A program made the translations under genes and the position numbers. Below, piece after piece: positions 1 through 8,637 of a DNA stretch of 64,000 bases. Position 1 is the first letter of the stretch. Each line of letters opens with the position of its first letter. The stretch lies in NCBI GenBank assembly GCA_963813025.1, contig CAWEXO010000001.1:96001-160000 (forward strand), in the 5' to 3' direction. The notes below the pieces were generated by a model. The model saw only the letters and a list, made by a program, of their open reading frames with translations, searched no databases and had not been told where the DNA came from. This DNA is from an uncultured Verrucomicrobiae bacterium (GTDB taxonomy: Bacteria > Verrucomicrobiota > Verrucomicrobiia > Chthoniobacterales > JAFAMB01).

Positions 1-164
1 GATCGATCAGTGAATGACGTAGCAATTCCGGAGATAGTCGGATAAAGATCCAGCCCGAGGATCAAAAGCAGTGCCGGTAGCAAAAGCCAGTAACCGAAAC
101 TGTTCTGCCTGATTTTGAGTAATCGAGTCTGGCGCGGAGCAACGGCTGGCCTTGGAGCGGTCAC
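1..164 (-). CDS. Carbohydrate ABC transporter permease, N-terminal part (runs off window start)
   Basis: Manual translation of the minus strand gives VTAPRP...FGYWLLLPALLLILGLDLYPTISGIATSFTDR, a typical MalF/UgpA-type first TM helix. The GTG start is a guess. Confidence 0.7.
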   Translation of the reverse strand, partial: MTAPRPAVAPRQTRLLKIRQNSFGYWLLLPALLLILGLDLYPTISGIATSFTDR

Positions 165-332
165 CCGTTCAGTGTCGATCAGATCATCGTTTTTCTGCGA
201 GGATTTTCTTCACCTGAAATCAATACCGCGGCATTCGGTCGGTCGGAGTTTGGAAACTTGTACTGCTAGGGCATCAAAGTACAGGTGGATGACAATTTAG
301 AAATTTCTCTCGACGTGACTTTGAGCTGTATC

Positions 333-440
333 GCTAGGGCAAGAGTTTAGAGAGTGTCTCCCGACACCCAACGTCGGTAGGGTCAAGCTCCCGCTTGACC
401 TCCTTAGCGTTGGATCACGTCTCGATCCGGACGAGCAGGG
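333..440 (+). repeat. GTAG-family REP/REPIN element
   Basis: GTAG (377-380) followed by the hairpin GGTCAAGC-TCCC-GCTTGACC, then GGATCACGTCTCGATCCGGACGAGC. Similar copies at about 25790, 31110, 42041 and 53915. Confidence 0.85.
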
Positions 441-601
441 CTTCTTGACGCCCCTCCTCTCTCCACGACAGCCGCGACACACGGGCCGGTGCGTCTTACC
501 CGCACGCCTCTTTAGAGCTGATTCTTCTACGGCTGCCTTGTTGAACTCCTCGGCCACTCGGCTAGCGTGTAAAACAACCTCGCTTGTGCTGATTTCTTGT
601 T

Positions 602-2131
602 ATGAACGCGCCACCGTCCCCGGACACCCAATCAACCCCGCACCTCACAGTCGTGCCGCATCTCATCAACGGAGAGAAAGTCGTTTCTTCCGCAGCCCGG
701 CAAGCACCCGTTTTTAATCCGGCCACCGGCAAAATCGACGAAGTCGTCGGTTTCGCTTCCGCCCAGGAAATCGAGCGCGCTATCCAGGCGGCCGCAGGCG
801 CTTTTCCTCTTTGGGCGGCCACCACTCCGCTCCGGCGCGCACGCGTTTTCTTCAAATTCCGCGATTTGCTCGACCAGCACCGGAACGACTTGGCACGCAT
901 CATTTCAGCGCAGCACGGCAAGACACTGCAAGACGCGTTAGGAGAAGTCACTCGGGGAATGGAAGTCGTGGAATTTGTCTGCGGCATTCCACAATTGCTG
1001 AAAGGCGAATTTACTCCCGAGGTTGGAACCGGGGTCGACAGTCAGGCATGTCGCCAGCCGCTTGGCGTAACGGTTGGAATAACGCCGTTCAATTTTCCGG
1101 TGATGGTGCCGCTCTGGATGTTTCCGGTTGCGCTTGCCTGCGGAAATACATTCATCCTCAAGCCGAGCGAGCGCGATCCCGGTGCAAGCGTTCTGTTGGC
1201 AGATCTCCTGCAGCAGGCCGGTTCACCTAAAGGAGCCTTCAATGTGCTTCAGGGCGACGCGGAAACGGTCCAGCAATTGATCACTCATCCGTTGGTACAA
1301 GCGGTGAGTTTCGTTGGTTCCACTCCGGTTGCGGAATCGGTCTTTCGGCAGGGAACCGGCGCAGGCAAGCGCGTTCAGGCACTGGGCGGAGCCAAAAATC
1401 ATGTCGTCATAATGCCGGACGCCGATATGGAGATGGCCGTCAACGGGCTGGTCGGGGCAGCATTCGGCTCCGCCGGCGAGCGATGCATGGCCATTTCCGT
1501 GGCTGTGGCGGTGGGAGAACGGACGGGCGACGAGCTCCTCGCCCGGTTGATCCCGCGGGTCAGAGCACTTCGGATCGGCCCAGGTCTGAGCGAGGATTCC
1601 GAGATGGGGCCTCTCGTCACTGAAGCCCACCGAAAGCGGGTCCTGTCGTACCTGGAAACAGGCGTGCAAGAAGGAGCGAAGCTTATCCTGGATGGGCGCC
1701 AGACGGAGGTTCCGGCCGAGGGCTTTTTCCTGGGCGGCTCCATCTTTGACCAGGTCCGGCCGACCATGCGGATTTATCGAGAGGAAATTTTCGGACCAGT
1801 ACTGGCCGTCGTTCGAGCGAAGAGTCTGGCGGAAGCTACCCGTTTGGTGAACGAACATGAATTTGGAAATGGAGCAGCGATTTTTACCGGAGATGGCGGT
1901 ATTGCCCGGGCTTTTGCCGAGGAAGTCAAAGCGGGGATGGTCGGCGTGAACGTGGCGATCCCGGTACCCATGGCATTCCATTCTTTTGGAGGTTGGAAAC
2001 GATCGCTCTTCGGCGACCATTATGTGCACGGGGTCGAAGGCGTGCGCTTTTACACGCGCTTGAAGACCGTGACCAGCCGCTGGCCGGACGCCGGCTCGGT
2101 TGCGCCGGAGTTTGTTTTGCCGACGCACTGA
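602..2131 (+). CDS. mmsA: CoA-acylating methylmalonate-semialdehyde dehydrogenase
   Basis: ALDH motifs ITPFNFP, LKPSE, FVGST, GGAKNH, GSAGERCMA (catalytic Cys), EEIFGP, GVNVAIPVP. Confidence 0.93.
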   Translation: MNAPPSPDTQSTPHLTVVPHLINGEKVVSSAARQAPVFNPATGKIDEVVGFASAQEIERAIQAAAGAFPLWAATTPLRRARVFFKFRDLLDQHRNDLARIISAQHGKTLQDALGEVTRGMEVVEFVCGIPQLLKGEFTPEVGTGVDSQACRQPLGVTVGITPFNFPVMVPLWMFPVALACGNTFILKPSERDPGASVLLADLLQQAGSPKGAFNVLQGDAETVQQLITHPLVQAVSFVGSTPVAESVFRQGTGAGKRVQALGGAKNHVVIMPDADMEMAVNGLVGAAFGSAGERCMAISVAVAVGERTGDELLARLIPRVRALRIGPGLSEDSEMGPLVTEAHRKRVLSYLETGVQEGAKLILDGRQTEVPAEGFFLGGSIFDQVRPTMRIYREEIFGPVLAVVRAKSLAEATRLVNEHEFGNGAAIFTGDGGIARAFAEEVKAGMVGVNVAIPVPMAFHSFGGWKRSLFGDHYVHGVEGVRFYTRLKTVTSRWPDAGSVAPEFVLPTH

Positions 2132-2134
2132 CGC

Positions 2135-2329
2135 ATGACTAGCCAACCGCCTCAGTGGTATGACTACTTTATCCTCCTCGGCCTTATTGGAACCATCATG
2201 CGGTGGCGACGGTTTCGGCAATCGAAGTACCCCGCAGGGCGACATCACGCCCGAAACTATCTGGTCGGTATGCTGATCTTTGGAATTTTGGTCTTGGCAC
2301 GCTGGCCCTTTCTTTTGCCGCACGGGTAG
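2135..2329 (+). CDS. Small membrane protein (two hydrophobic segments)
   Basis: 64-aa ORF starting 3 bp after the mmsA stop, with two TM-like stretches separated by a basic loop. Confidence 0.55.
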   Translation: MTSQPPQWYDYFILLGLIGTIMRWRRFRQSKYPAGRHHARNYLVGMLIFGILVLARWPFLLPHG

Positions 2330-2384
2330 ACGCGGGCATCTGAGAATGCGCGCTATAGGTCCTATGCGAAAGGCGGGAATCTTC

Positions 2385-2470
2385 CGACCTTTCAGGGCGG
2401 GTTGAGGGTGGTGGTTTTTCCCAGGGTTAAAAACACCGGGCTAAGTCCTGCTGCCCCTTCGGGGCGAAGA
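2385..2470. repeat. Probable REP-like palindromic element (second type)
   Basis: Short hairpins CCTTTCAGG, CCCAGGG...CCGGG and GCCCCTTCGGGGC between convergent genes. Only one copy in the window. Confidence 0.4.
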
Positions 2471-2524
2471 GTCAAGACCTGACAGACCCGAGTCCGCGCT
2501 ACGTGACCGCCCGCGCAGAACAGT

Positions 2525-3784
2525 TCATGGACTCGACCGCTCCGGCACCTCCAGCGCGACCGGGGCATGGCGTTCTTTGACCTGGGTCCGCTTCATTTTG
2601 CCTTGTTCGGCCAAGGCGTTCAGTTCCTTCGTGCCGCCGGGGAACCAATCGTTTAATCGCCGTTTAGCGATGTTTACATGAAGGACCTCATCCGCCCAAT
2701 CGTAGTCTTGAAAAATGGCCATCAAAGGATGACAGGCGGCAACGCGACAGAACTCCCACTCGCCTCTTTTGCCGACCGGGTATTTCATCTGGGCACCTTC
2801 TATTTCCAATCCGAGTGTAGCGTACTGTTCGAGCGGGGTGGCTTCCATACAGTAAGCGCTTTCATAGTCGCGCATCGGAACGGCGCCGAGCGACCCAAAG
2901 GTAGCTTCGATGGCCGCTTCGCCCATCATGGAATGGCGGACCTCGTCCCAGAGATGGCGGGACAGGTCGTGGTAGAACTCCCAGGGCATATTCGGTGTTT
3001 CACATAGAACGACGCAGAGACCTTCGGCCACATTGATCTCTGAGAGTCGGATGCCCATCATGTACACGAGGTAGGACGCGGTGTCGCTGAGTTCTGGCTT
3101 CTGATAATCCCAGACACGCCGAACACGCGCATCCCGGCCCGGAGTCCGTGGACGAACAAACCCATTCACCGACCGTTGCCGCTCCGGGAGATCGCCGGAA
3201 CGAGCTCCGGCGCCGTCAAGGCCACCGCTGGCGCTAAGGTATGCTGGCAGCCACGCCGGCGCGAGCGACAGACCATTCGCATTATCCCCCCCTATCCCAA
3301 GCCAGCCGATACTCTGGGTCAGACGAGGTAGTTCCGACTCGATCAAATCGCAAGTCGGTGAATCAGCCAGCGGATTCGTGTCGCGCAGGTACTTTTCGTA
3401 TCCGGCTCGCAATTCCTCATGCAACCGTCGAATGACCAAAACGAGCTCGTCGCTTGGACGCGCCTGCATGGCTTCATCCAGCAATCTCTCCAAACCTGCG
3501 TCAGGTGAAGCTTCAATCCGGACCTTCGGAGTGCGCAACTGCCGGAGCCGCTCGTAAATGCGATTTCCGCGTTCTCCCGCGAGATACTGCAATCGTCCAA
3601 GCAACAGTTTCAAATCGCGTTCTGGAACGATGACCAAAGCGGCCGCGCACAGGAACATCAACCGTCGCTCGACGTACCCGAAACGAAGCAGCCGCGCGAC
3701 AGCTTCTTGCACTGTCAGGCCCTCCCGAAAAGGATCTCCCAAGCCCGCGAAACGGGGAAAAACTGCTTCAGTACTTTTGTCCAT
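2525..3784 (-). CDS. Ferritin-like di-iron protein (DUF455-like C-terminal domain)
   Basis: Paired ExxH motifs DEVRH and DEVLH, each preceded by helical Glu residues (SEINVAE, LEIEG), and a MPWEFYHD segment. Confidence 0.7.
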   Translation of the reverse strand: MDKSTEAVFPRFAGLGDPFREGLTVQEAVARLLRFGYVERRLMFLCAAALVIVPERDLKLLLGRLQYLAGERGNRIYERLRQLRTPKVRIEASPDAGLERLLDEAMQARPSDELVLVIRRLHEELRAGYEKYLRDTNPLADSPTCDLIESELPRLTQSIGWLGIGGDNANGLSLAPAWLPAYLSASGGLDGAGARSGDLPERQRSVNGFVRPRTPGRDARVRRVWDYQKPELSDTASYLVYMMGIRLSEINVAEGLCVVLCETPNMPWEFYHDLSRHLWDEVRHSMMGEAAIEATFGSLGAVPMRDYESAYCMEATPLEQYATLGLEIEGAQMKYPVGKRGEWEFCRVAACHPLMAIFQDYDWADEVLHVNIAKRRLNDWFPGGTKELNALAEQGKMKRTQVKERHAPVALEVPERSSP

Positions 3785-3803
3785 AGAGGTAGAGAAAGGG
3801 AAC

Positions 3804-3967
3804 CACAGATTTCACAGATTTCACAGATTTCACAGATTTAGCCAACTCAGTCCAGGAGTCAGTGTCAGTGTCAATGCCAGTGTCAGTGCCAGTGCTAGTG
3901 CTAGTGCCAGTTGCCATAGGTCATTGGTTATCGCTCATCGGTAATCGGTCATCGGCCATCGGTCATT
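3804..3967. repeat. Composite simple tandem repeats: (CACAGATTT)x4, (GYCAGT)x9, then ATCGGTC-type heptamers
   Basis: Read directly: 3804-3839, 3858-3911 and about 3915-3967. Confidence 0.9.
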
Positions 3968-4042
3968 TCAATCTTGCAGAAAGCGGTTGTCAGCCGGGCC
4001 GCCTTATGGCATGTTCCGCGCCTTTCAGATCACCGCTTTGTT

Positions 4043-4357
4043 ATGGCGTACGCAATTATTCGCTCAGGGGGAAAACAATTCAGAGTCAGCCCGGGAGATA
4101 CCATCGCGGTGCAAAAGGTCTCCGGCGAGCCAGGCGACAAAGTCACTTTCTCCGACGTGGTGTTTCATGCCGATGGCAAAACGGTGCAAACTGGGTTTCC
4201 GTTGATCGAAGGCGCCACGGTGACAGCGAAGGTTGTTGAACAGTTTAAGGCCGATAAAGTGATCGCCTTTAAATACAAGCGGCGCAAAGGGTACCATCGC
4301 ACTGTCGGGCATCGACAACAACTCACGCGGGTAAAAATTGAATCAATTGGTCTTTAG
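4043..4357 (+). CDS. rplU: 50S ribosomal protein L21
   Basis: MAYAIIRSGGKQFRV...KYKRRKGYHRTVGHRQ; ATG at 4043. Confidence 0.97.
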   Translation: MAYAIIRSGGKQFRVSPGDTIAVQKVSGEPGDKVTFSDVVFHADGKTVQTGFPLIEGATVTAKVVEQFKADKVIAFKYKRRKGYHRTVGHRQQLTRVKIESIGL

Positions 4358-4384
4358 ATTGTCTACTGATAAGGAGGCTTTTTC

Positions 4385-4657
4385 ATGGCTCATAAAAAAG
4401 GGCAGGGCAGTGTCAAAAACGGACGAGACAGCGTCAGCAAACGGCTGGGAGTCAAGAAATTCGGCAGCCAATCGGTGGTTGCGGGAAATATTATCATCCG
4501 GCAGCGCGGCACAAAATTTTTGCCTGGAAAGAACGTTGGCCTCGGTCGGGATTATACGATTTTCGCTTTAGTCGACGGCACGGTACGATTCGACCAGAAA
4601 GGCCGTCGGGTAAACGTCGAACCGGTTGAAGAGGCATTTGCGGGTTCAACTAGCTGA
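4385..4657 (+). CDS. rpmA: 50S ribosomal protein L27
   Basis: [16 protein letters not shown]...RQRGTK; AAGGAGG SD upstream; follows rplU. Confidence 0.98.
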   Translation: MAHKKGQGSVKNGRDSVSKRLGVKKFGSQSVVAGNIIIRQRGTKFLPGKNVGLGRDYTIFALVDGTVRFDQKGRRVNVEPVEEAFAGSTS

Positions 4658-4684
4658 AAGCAGCAAAGATTTCCCTCCCGATGG

Positions 4685-4716
4685 AAAAAGCGCCTCGCCC
4701 GTTGAGGCGCTTTTTT
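4685..4716 (+). terminator. Rho-independent terminator (possibly bidirectional)
   Basis: AAAAAGCGCCTC-GCCCGTT-GAGGCGCTTTTTT just after rpmA. Confidence 0.9.
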
Positions 4717-4855
4717 CGTTTCAGCGAACGCGAGCGGCTGTTTTAACCCGCGGCGCTCTAGAGTCCTTTGAAACCCGATTAAGCTGGATCAAGTTTTAGG
4801 CGGATTTTTCCACTGCTTCTATTCTTCGCCTTTCAAAGACCGGGAGACTGACTCC

Positions 4856-5314
4856 ATGCTGAACGTCGTGTTGGTCGAACCCGAAATACCGCCGAACACC
4901 GGCAACGTTGCCCGGCTGTGTCTCGCGACCAACACCCATCTTCATCTGGTGAAGCCGCTAGGCTTTCAAACTACCGATCGCGCGTTGCGCCGCGCCGGGA
5001 TGGACTACTGGGAGCAAGTGCAGATTTCGTATTGGGAAAATTGGGCGGAGTTTGAAAAAGCGACGTCCGCAGAATCGCGCCGGTTCTTTTTCTCGACGAA
5101 AGCGCGACAGCTTTATTGGGATATTCGCTTCCGCGACCATGATTACCTCATTTTCGGCCGTGAAACCAGAGGCTTACCAGAGAGTCTTTTGGCGGCCTAT
5201 CCAGACCAGTGCTTCGTTATTCCGATGCAGCCTGCTGCGCGAAGCTTGAATTTAGCGACCGCTGTCGCGATCGTGTTATTTGAAGGAATCCGCCAAATGA
5301 GCGTCCAACCGTGA
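4856..5314 (+). CDS. trmL: tRNA (cytidine/uridine-34-2'-O)-methyltransferase (SPOUT)
   Basis: PEIPPNTGN, RRAGMDYW, FGRETRGL, RSLNLATAV. Confidence 0.93.
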   Translation: MLNVVLVEPEIPPNTGNVARLCLATNTHLHLVKPLGFQTTDRALRRAGMDYWEQVQISYWENWAEFEKATSAESRRFFFSTKARQLYWDIRFRDHDYLIFGRETRGLPESLLAAYPDQCFVIPMQPAARSLNLATAVAIVLFEGIRQMSVQP

Positions 5315-5982
5315 ACGTTGCTCCACAATTGACCGCGGCAAATCTGCGCCAATCATTCAAGATCGGCTCACGCCGGATCGAGGTTCTTCGGGGAATTACC
5401 CTGGAGGTACACCATGGCGAAACAGTTTTTCTCTGCGGCGCCTCGGGCGCTGGCAAGACCACGCTGCTCTACACGCTTGCCGGCCTGGAGCGACCGGAAT
5501 CGGGGGAAGTCACTTTTGAGGGCCGGATCCTCTATCGCCGAAGCTCAGCCGAAGACGCGCGCATCAGAAACACCCGCATGGGCTTTGTCTTTCAAAGCTA
5601 CTTCCTTCTGCCGGAACTCACCGCCCTTGAGAACATCCTTTTGCCATCGTTGATCCGCCAGAAACAACGGCTCGATCAAGCGCAGGCTTTCTTGGCTCGC
5701 GTTGGCTTAGGTGACCGCGCACACCATCTGCCCAGTGAATTGTCGGGCGGGGAGCAGCAGCGGGTAGCGATCGCCCGAGCGTTGATGAATGAACCAGCGA
5801 TTATTTTCGCCGATGAACCTACCGGGAATCTTGACTCGTTGAATGGTCGCACCATCATGGAACTGCTGCTTTCCGTTGCCCGCGAAAAGTTGACGACACT
5901 GGTTGTGGTCACGCATGACGAGCACCTCGCCGTCCTCGGCGACCGGCGTCTGAATATTCACGACGGCCTTCTGGCAAAGTAA
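5311..5982 (+). CDS. ABC transporter ATP-binding protein, LolD/MacB-like
   Basis: GASGAGKT, LSGGEQQR, ADEPTGNLD, VVTHD. Confidence 0.9.
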   Translation: MNVAPQLTAANLRQSFKIGSRRIEVLRGITLEVHHGETVFLCGASGAGKTTLLYTLAGLERPESGEVTFEGRILYRRSSAEDARIRNTRMGFVFQSYFLLPELTALENILLPSLIRQKQRLDQAQAFLARVGLGDRAHHLPSELSGGEQQRVAIARALMNEPAIIFADEPTGNLDSLNGRTIMELLLSVAREKLTTLVVVTHDEHLAVLGDRRLNIHDGLLAK

Positions 5983-5987
5983 GAACT

Positions 5988-6866
5988 ATGAATCTGAAGA
6001 TCTATATTGACGGCGAGTTCCTCGACGAGTCCGAGGCGAAGATCTCGGTCTTTGATCATGGATTGCTGTATGGCGACGGCGTCTTTGAAGGTATCCGCTT
6101 TTATCACGACCGGGTTTTTCGCCTCAACGAACACATGAACCGGCTTTGGGATTCGGCAAAGGCCATTGCCCTCGAGGTGCCGATGTCGAAATCGGAACTC
6201 GTTGCCGCAACGTTGGAGACAATCCGCCAGAATGATCTCCACGACGGTTATGTTCGCCTGCTCATTACGCGTGGCGCCGGCTCTTTAGGACTGAGCCCTG
6301 AGAGTTGTCGGCGTCCTAGTGTGGTGATCATTGCCGCGACCATCTCGCTCTACCCGGAAGAGCTTTACCAAAAAGGTTTAACCATGGTGACCTGCTCGAC
6401 CAGGCGAGTCGCCCCCAATGCGGTCAGTCCGCGGATAAAATCACTGAACTATCTCAACAATATCCTGGCTAAGATCGAGGCTCAGGCGGCCGGTGCCGGG
6501 GAAGGTTTGATGCTCAACGAGCATGGCTACGTCGCCGAATGTACGGGCGACAACATTTTTGTCGTCAAGAATGGCCAACTGTTCACTCCCCCGCTCAACG
6601 CCGGGCTGCTGAATGGGGTGACCCGGCAGGTCGTACTTGAGATCGCTCAGACCATCGGAGTCCGCACGCATGAACGCGAACTTACCCGATACGACATTTA
6701 CACCGCGGACGAGTGCTTTCTCACCGGCACGGCAGCCGAGGTCATACCCGCCGTCGAGCTGGATCGCCGGCCGATTGGGCATGGCCGGCCAGGCGCGATG
6801 ACGGGTCGCTTCATCGAGGCGTTCCGCCAGTTGACACGTTCTTCCGGCACTCCCATTTATGATTAG
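5988..6866 (+). CDS. ilvE: Branched-chain amino acid aminotransferase
   Basis: DHGLLYGDGVFEG, KSLNY (PLP Lys), LTGTAAEV. Confidence 0.93.
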   Translation: MNLKIYIDGEFLDESEAKISVFDHGLLYGDGVFEGIRFYHDRVFRLNEHMNRLWDSAKAIALEVPMSKSELVAATLETIRQNDLHDGYVRLLITRGAGSLGLSPESCRRPSVVIIAATISLYPEELYQKGLTMVTCSTRRVAPNAVSPRIKSLNYLNNILAKIEAQAAGAGEGLMLNEHGYVAECTGDNIFVVKNGQLFTPPLNAGLLNGVTRQVVLEIAQTIGVRTHERELTRYDIYTADECFLTGTAAEVIPAVELDRRPIGHGRPGAMTGRFIEAFRQLTRSSGTPIYD

Positions 6867-7042
6867 TCCAGAACCAGCAACCTTATTTTTTGCCCGGCAG
6901 GAGATTGCTTCCGACAGAAAGGAAGCCACTCCTCGGGCAGGTTCGACAAACGTGCTATATTTACTCGTGCGGAAAGAGCAACGAAAACTTTGGACCGTTC
7001 GCCCATTCCGCGGTCAACCCGCCGTAGGGAGGACGGAACGGA

Positions 7043-7525
7043 ATGCTTTGTGACGTTTGCAAAACTAATACCGCGACAGTGTACCTGACGCAGATCGTGG
7101 AGGGGAATATGAAGAAGATCAATCTCTGCGAATCGTGTTCCAAAGAGAAAGGCGTCTCCGATCCAACCGGGTTCGCCTTGGCCGATCTTCTTTTGGGATT
7201 GGGTGAGAATCAACAGGTCGAGCAACCTGCTGTTACCGAGCATTGCCCGGTCTGCGGGTTCACTCAAGCGGATTTCAAGAAGACCGGACGACTCGGTTGC
7301 AGCGCGTGTTACGAAACTTTCCACGAAACCCTGGATCCCATTCTCAAAGCGATGCACAAAGGGACCCAGCACATCGGCAAAACCCCGACGCGCCTTCACT
7401 TCACGCAATCAGACCGTCTGAAAGAGCTGCAGCGTAGCCTTGATGACGCGGTCTCGCGCGAAGATTACGAGTCGGCAGCGAACATCCGTGACGAAATCAA
7501 ACAGCTGGAGGATAAAACGCAATGA
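7043..7525 (+). CDS. mcsA: McsA, arginine-kinase activator (CxxC motifs and UVR domain)
   Basis: Four CxxC motifs, GRLGCSACY, HIGKTP and a C-terminal EDYESAANIRD; lies upstream of mcsB-clpC. Confidence 0.9.
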   Translation: MLCDVCKTNTATVYLTQIVEGNMKKINLCESCSKEKGVSDPTGFALADLLLGLGENQQVEQPAVTEHCPVCGFTQADFKKTGRLGCSACYETFHETLDPILKAMHKGTQHIGKTPTRLHFTQSDRLKELQRSLDDAVSREDYESAANIRDEIKQLEDKTQ

Positions 7526-8637
7526 AGATAGCAGCGATCCTCGCCAGCCCAGGCGAGTGGGCGACCTCGAGCGCTGATCAACATCCAATTGTCATCAGCA
7601 GCCGGGTTCGGCTCGCCCGCAACCTGGCCCGCGCGCCCTTCCCGGGATGGGCAAAAAAATCCGAGCGCATGCGGATCCTGGATGAGATTAAGCCGGAGGT
7701 TGATGCCCTCGAAAGTATGTCTGACGCCTTCTCCACTCCGCTCAACGAATTGAGCGCCATGGAAAAGCAGGTGCTGGTCGAACGGCACTTGATCAGTCGC
7801 GAACACGCCGCGAAAGGCATGGGTAGCGCCGTTATCATTAATCCGTCGCAGACGGTGAGCATCATGATTAACGAAGAGGATCATCTCCGGATGCAGGCGA
7901 TCACCTCGGGTTTTGGTTTGCCGAGAACCTTTCAAATGATTGATGAAGTGGACACCGCTCTGGAAGCCCATCTGGAGTTCGCTTTTGATCCGCGTTTCGG
8001 CTATTTGACAGCCTGTCCGACCAATGTTGGCACCGGGATCCGCGCTTCGGCCATGGTCCACCTCCCGGGTCTGGTGTTGGGTGAGCAGATCAACCAGGTG
8101 GTGAATTCAGTGAACAAGATCGGGCTGGCCGTTCGCGGCCTCTACGGCGAAGGCACTGAGGCCATGGGCAATCTCTTTCAGGTCTCTAACCAGACGACTC
8201 TGGGCGAGAAAGAATCGCAGATTATCGATCGCCTCGGAAAAGTGGTTGAAACGCTGGTCCAGCGAGAAACGCAGGCTCGCGCCAATCTGCTGGAGACGAA
8301 ACGAAACGTCTTCCTCGATCAGGTGGGACGCGCCTTCGGGATTCTGACCAACGCCTACTCGATTTCCTCAAAAGAAGCGTTGAACCTGCTTTCGATCATC
8401 CGGCTGGGAATTGACTTGAGGATTTTCCCCGAGGAAGGGCGCTGCTTAATCAATCAGCTTCTGATGGAAACCCAACCGGCCCATCTACAACTCTCTTCCA
8501 AACAAAAACTGGCGGCCGAGGAACGGGACAATCTCCGGTCTGATCTTATCCGGGAGAAGTTGAAAAACTTTCCTAAACCACCTAATACTAGAGCGTCGGA
8601 CAGCCCGCCGGGAAGTTCGGCTTCGGAAGCAAGATGA
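7522..8637 (+). CDS. mcsB: Protein arginine kinase McsB
   Basis: SSRVRLARN, INEEDHLR, LTACPTNVGTG, VRGLYGEG. Confidence 0.93.
   Translation: MKIAAILASPGEWATSSADQHPIVISSRVRLARNLARAPFPGWAKKSERMRILDEIKPEVDALESMSDAFSTPLNELSAMEKQVLVERHLISREHAAKGMGSAVIINPSQTVSIMINEEDHLRMQAITSGFGLPRTFQMIDEVDTALEAHLEFAFDPRFGYLTACPTNVGTGIRASAMVHLPGLVLGEQINQVVNSVNKIGLAVRGLYGEGTEAMGNLFQVSNQTTLGEKESQIIDRLGKVVETLVQRETQARANLLETKRNVFLDQVGRAFGILTNAYSISSKEALNLLSIIRLGIDLRIFPEEGRCLINQLLMETQPAHLQLSSKQKLAAEERDNLRSDLIREKLKNFPKPPNTRASDSPPGSSASEAR

Noticed and set aside
1223..2323. Long antisense ORFs (also 12988-13860, 16380-17447, 44647-45603, 47429-48331)
   Set aside because: They are shadow frames of well-supported genes in GC-rich DNA and show no motifs.
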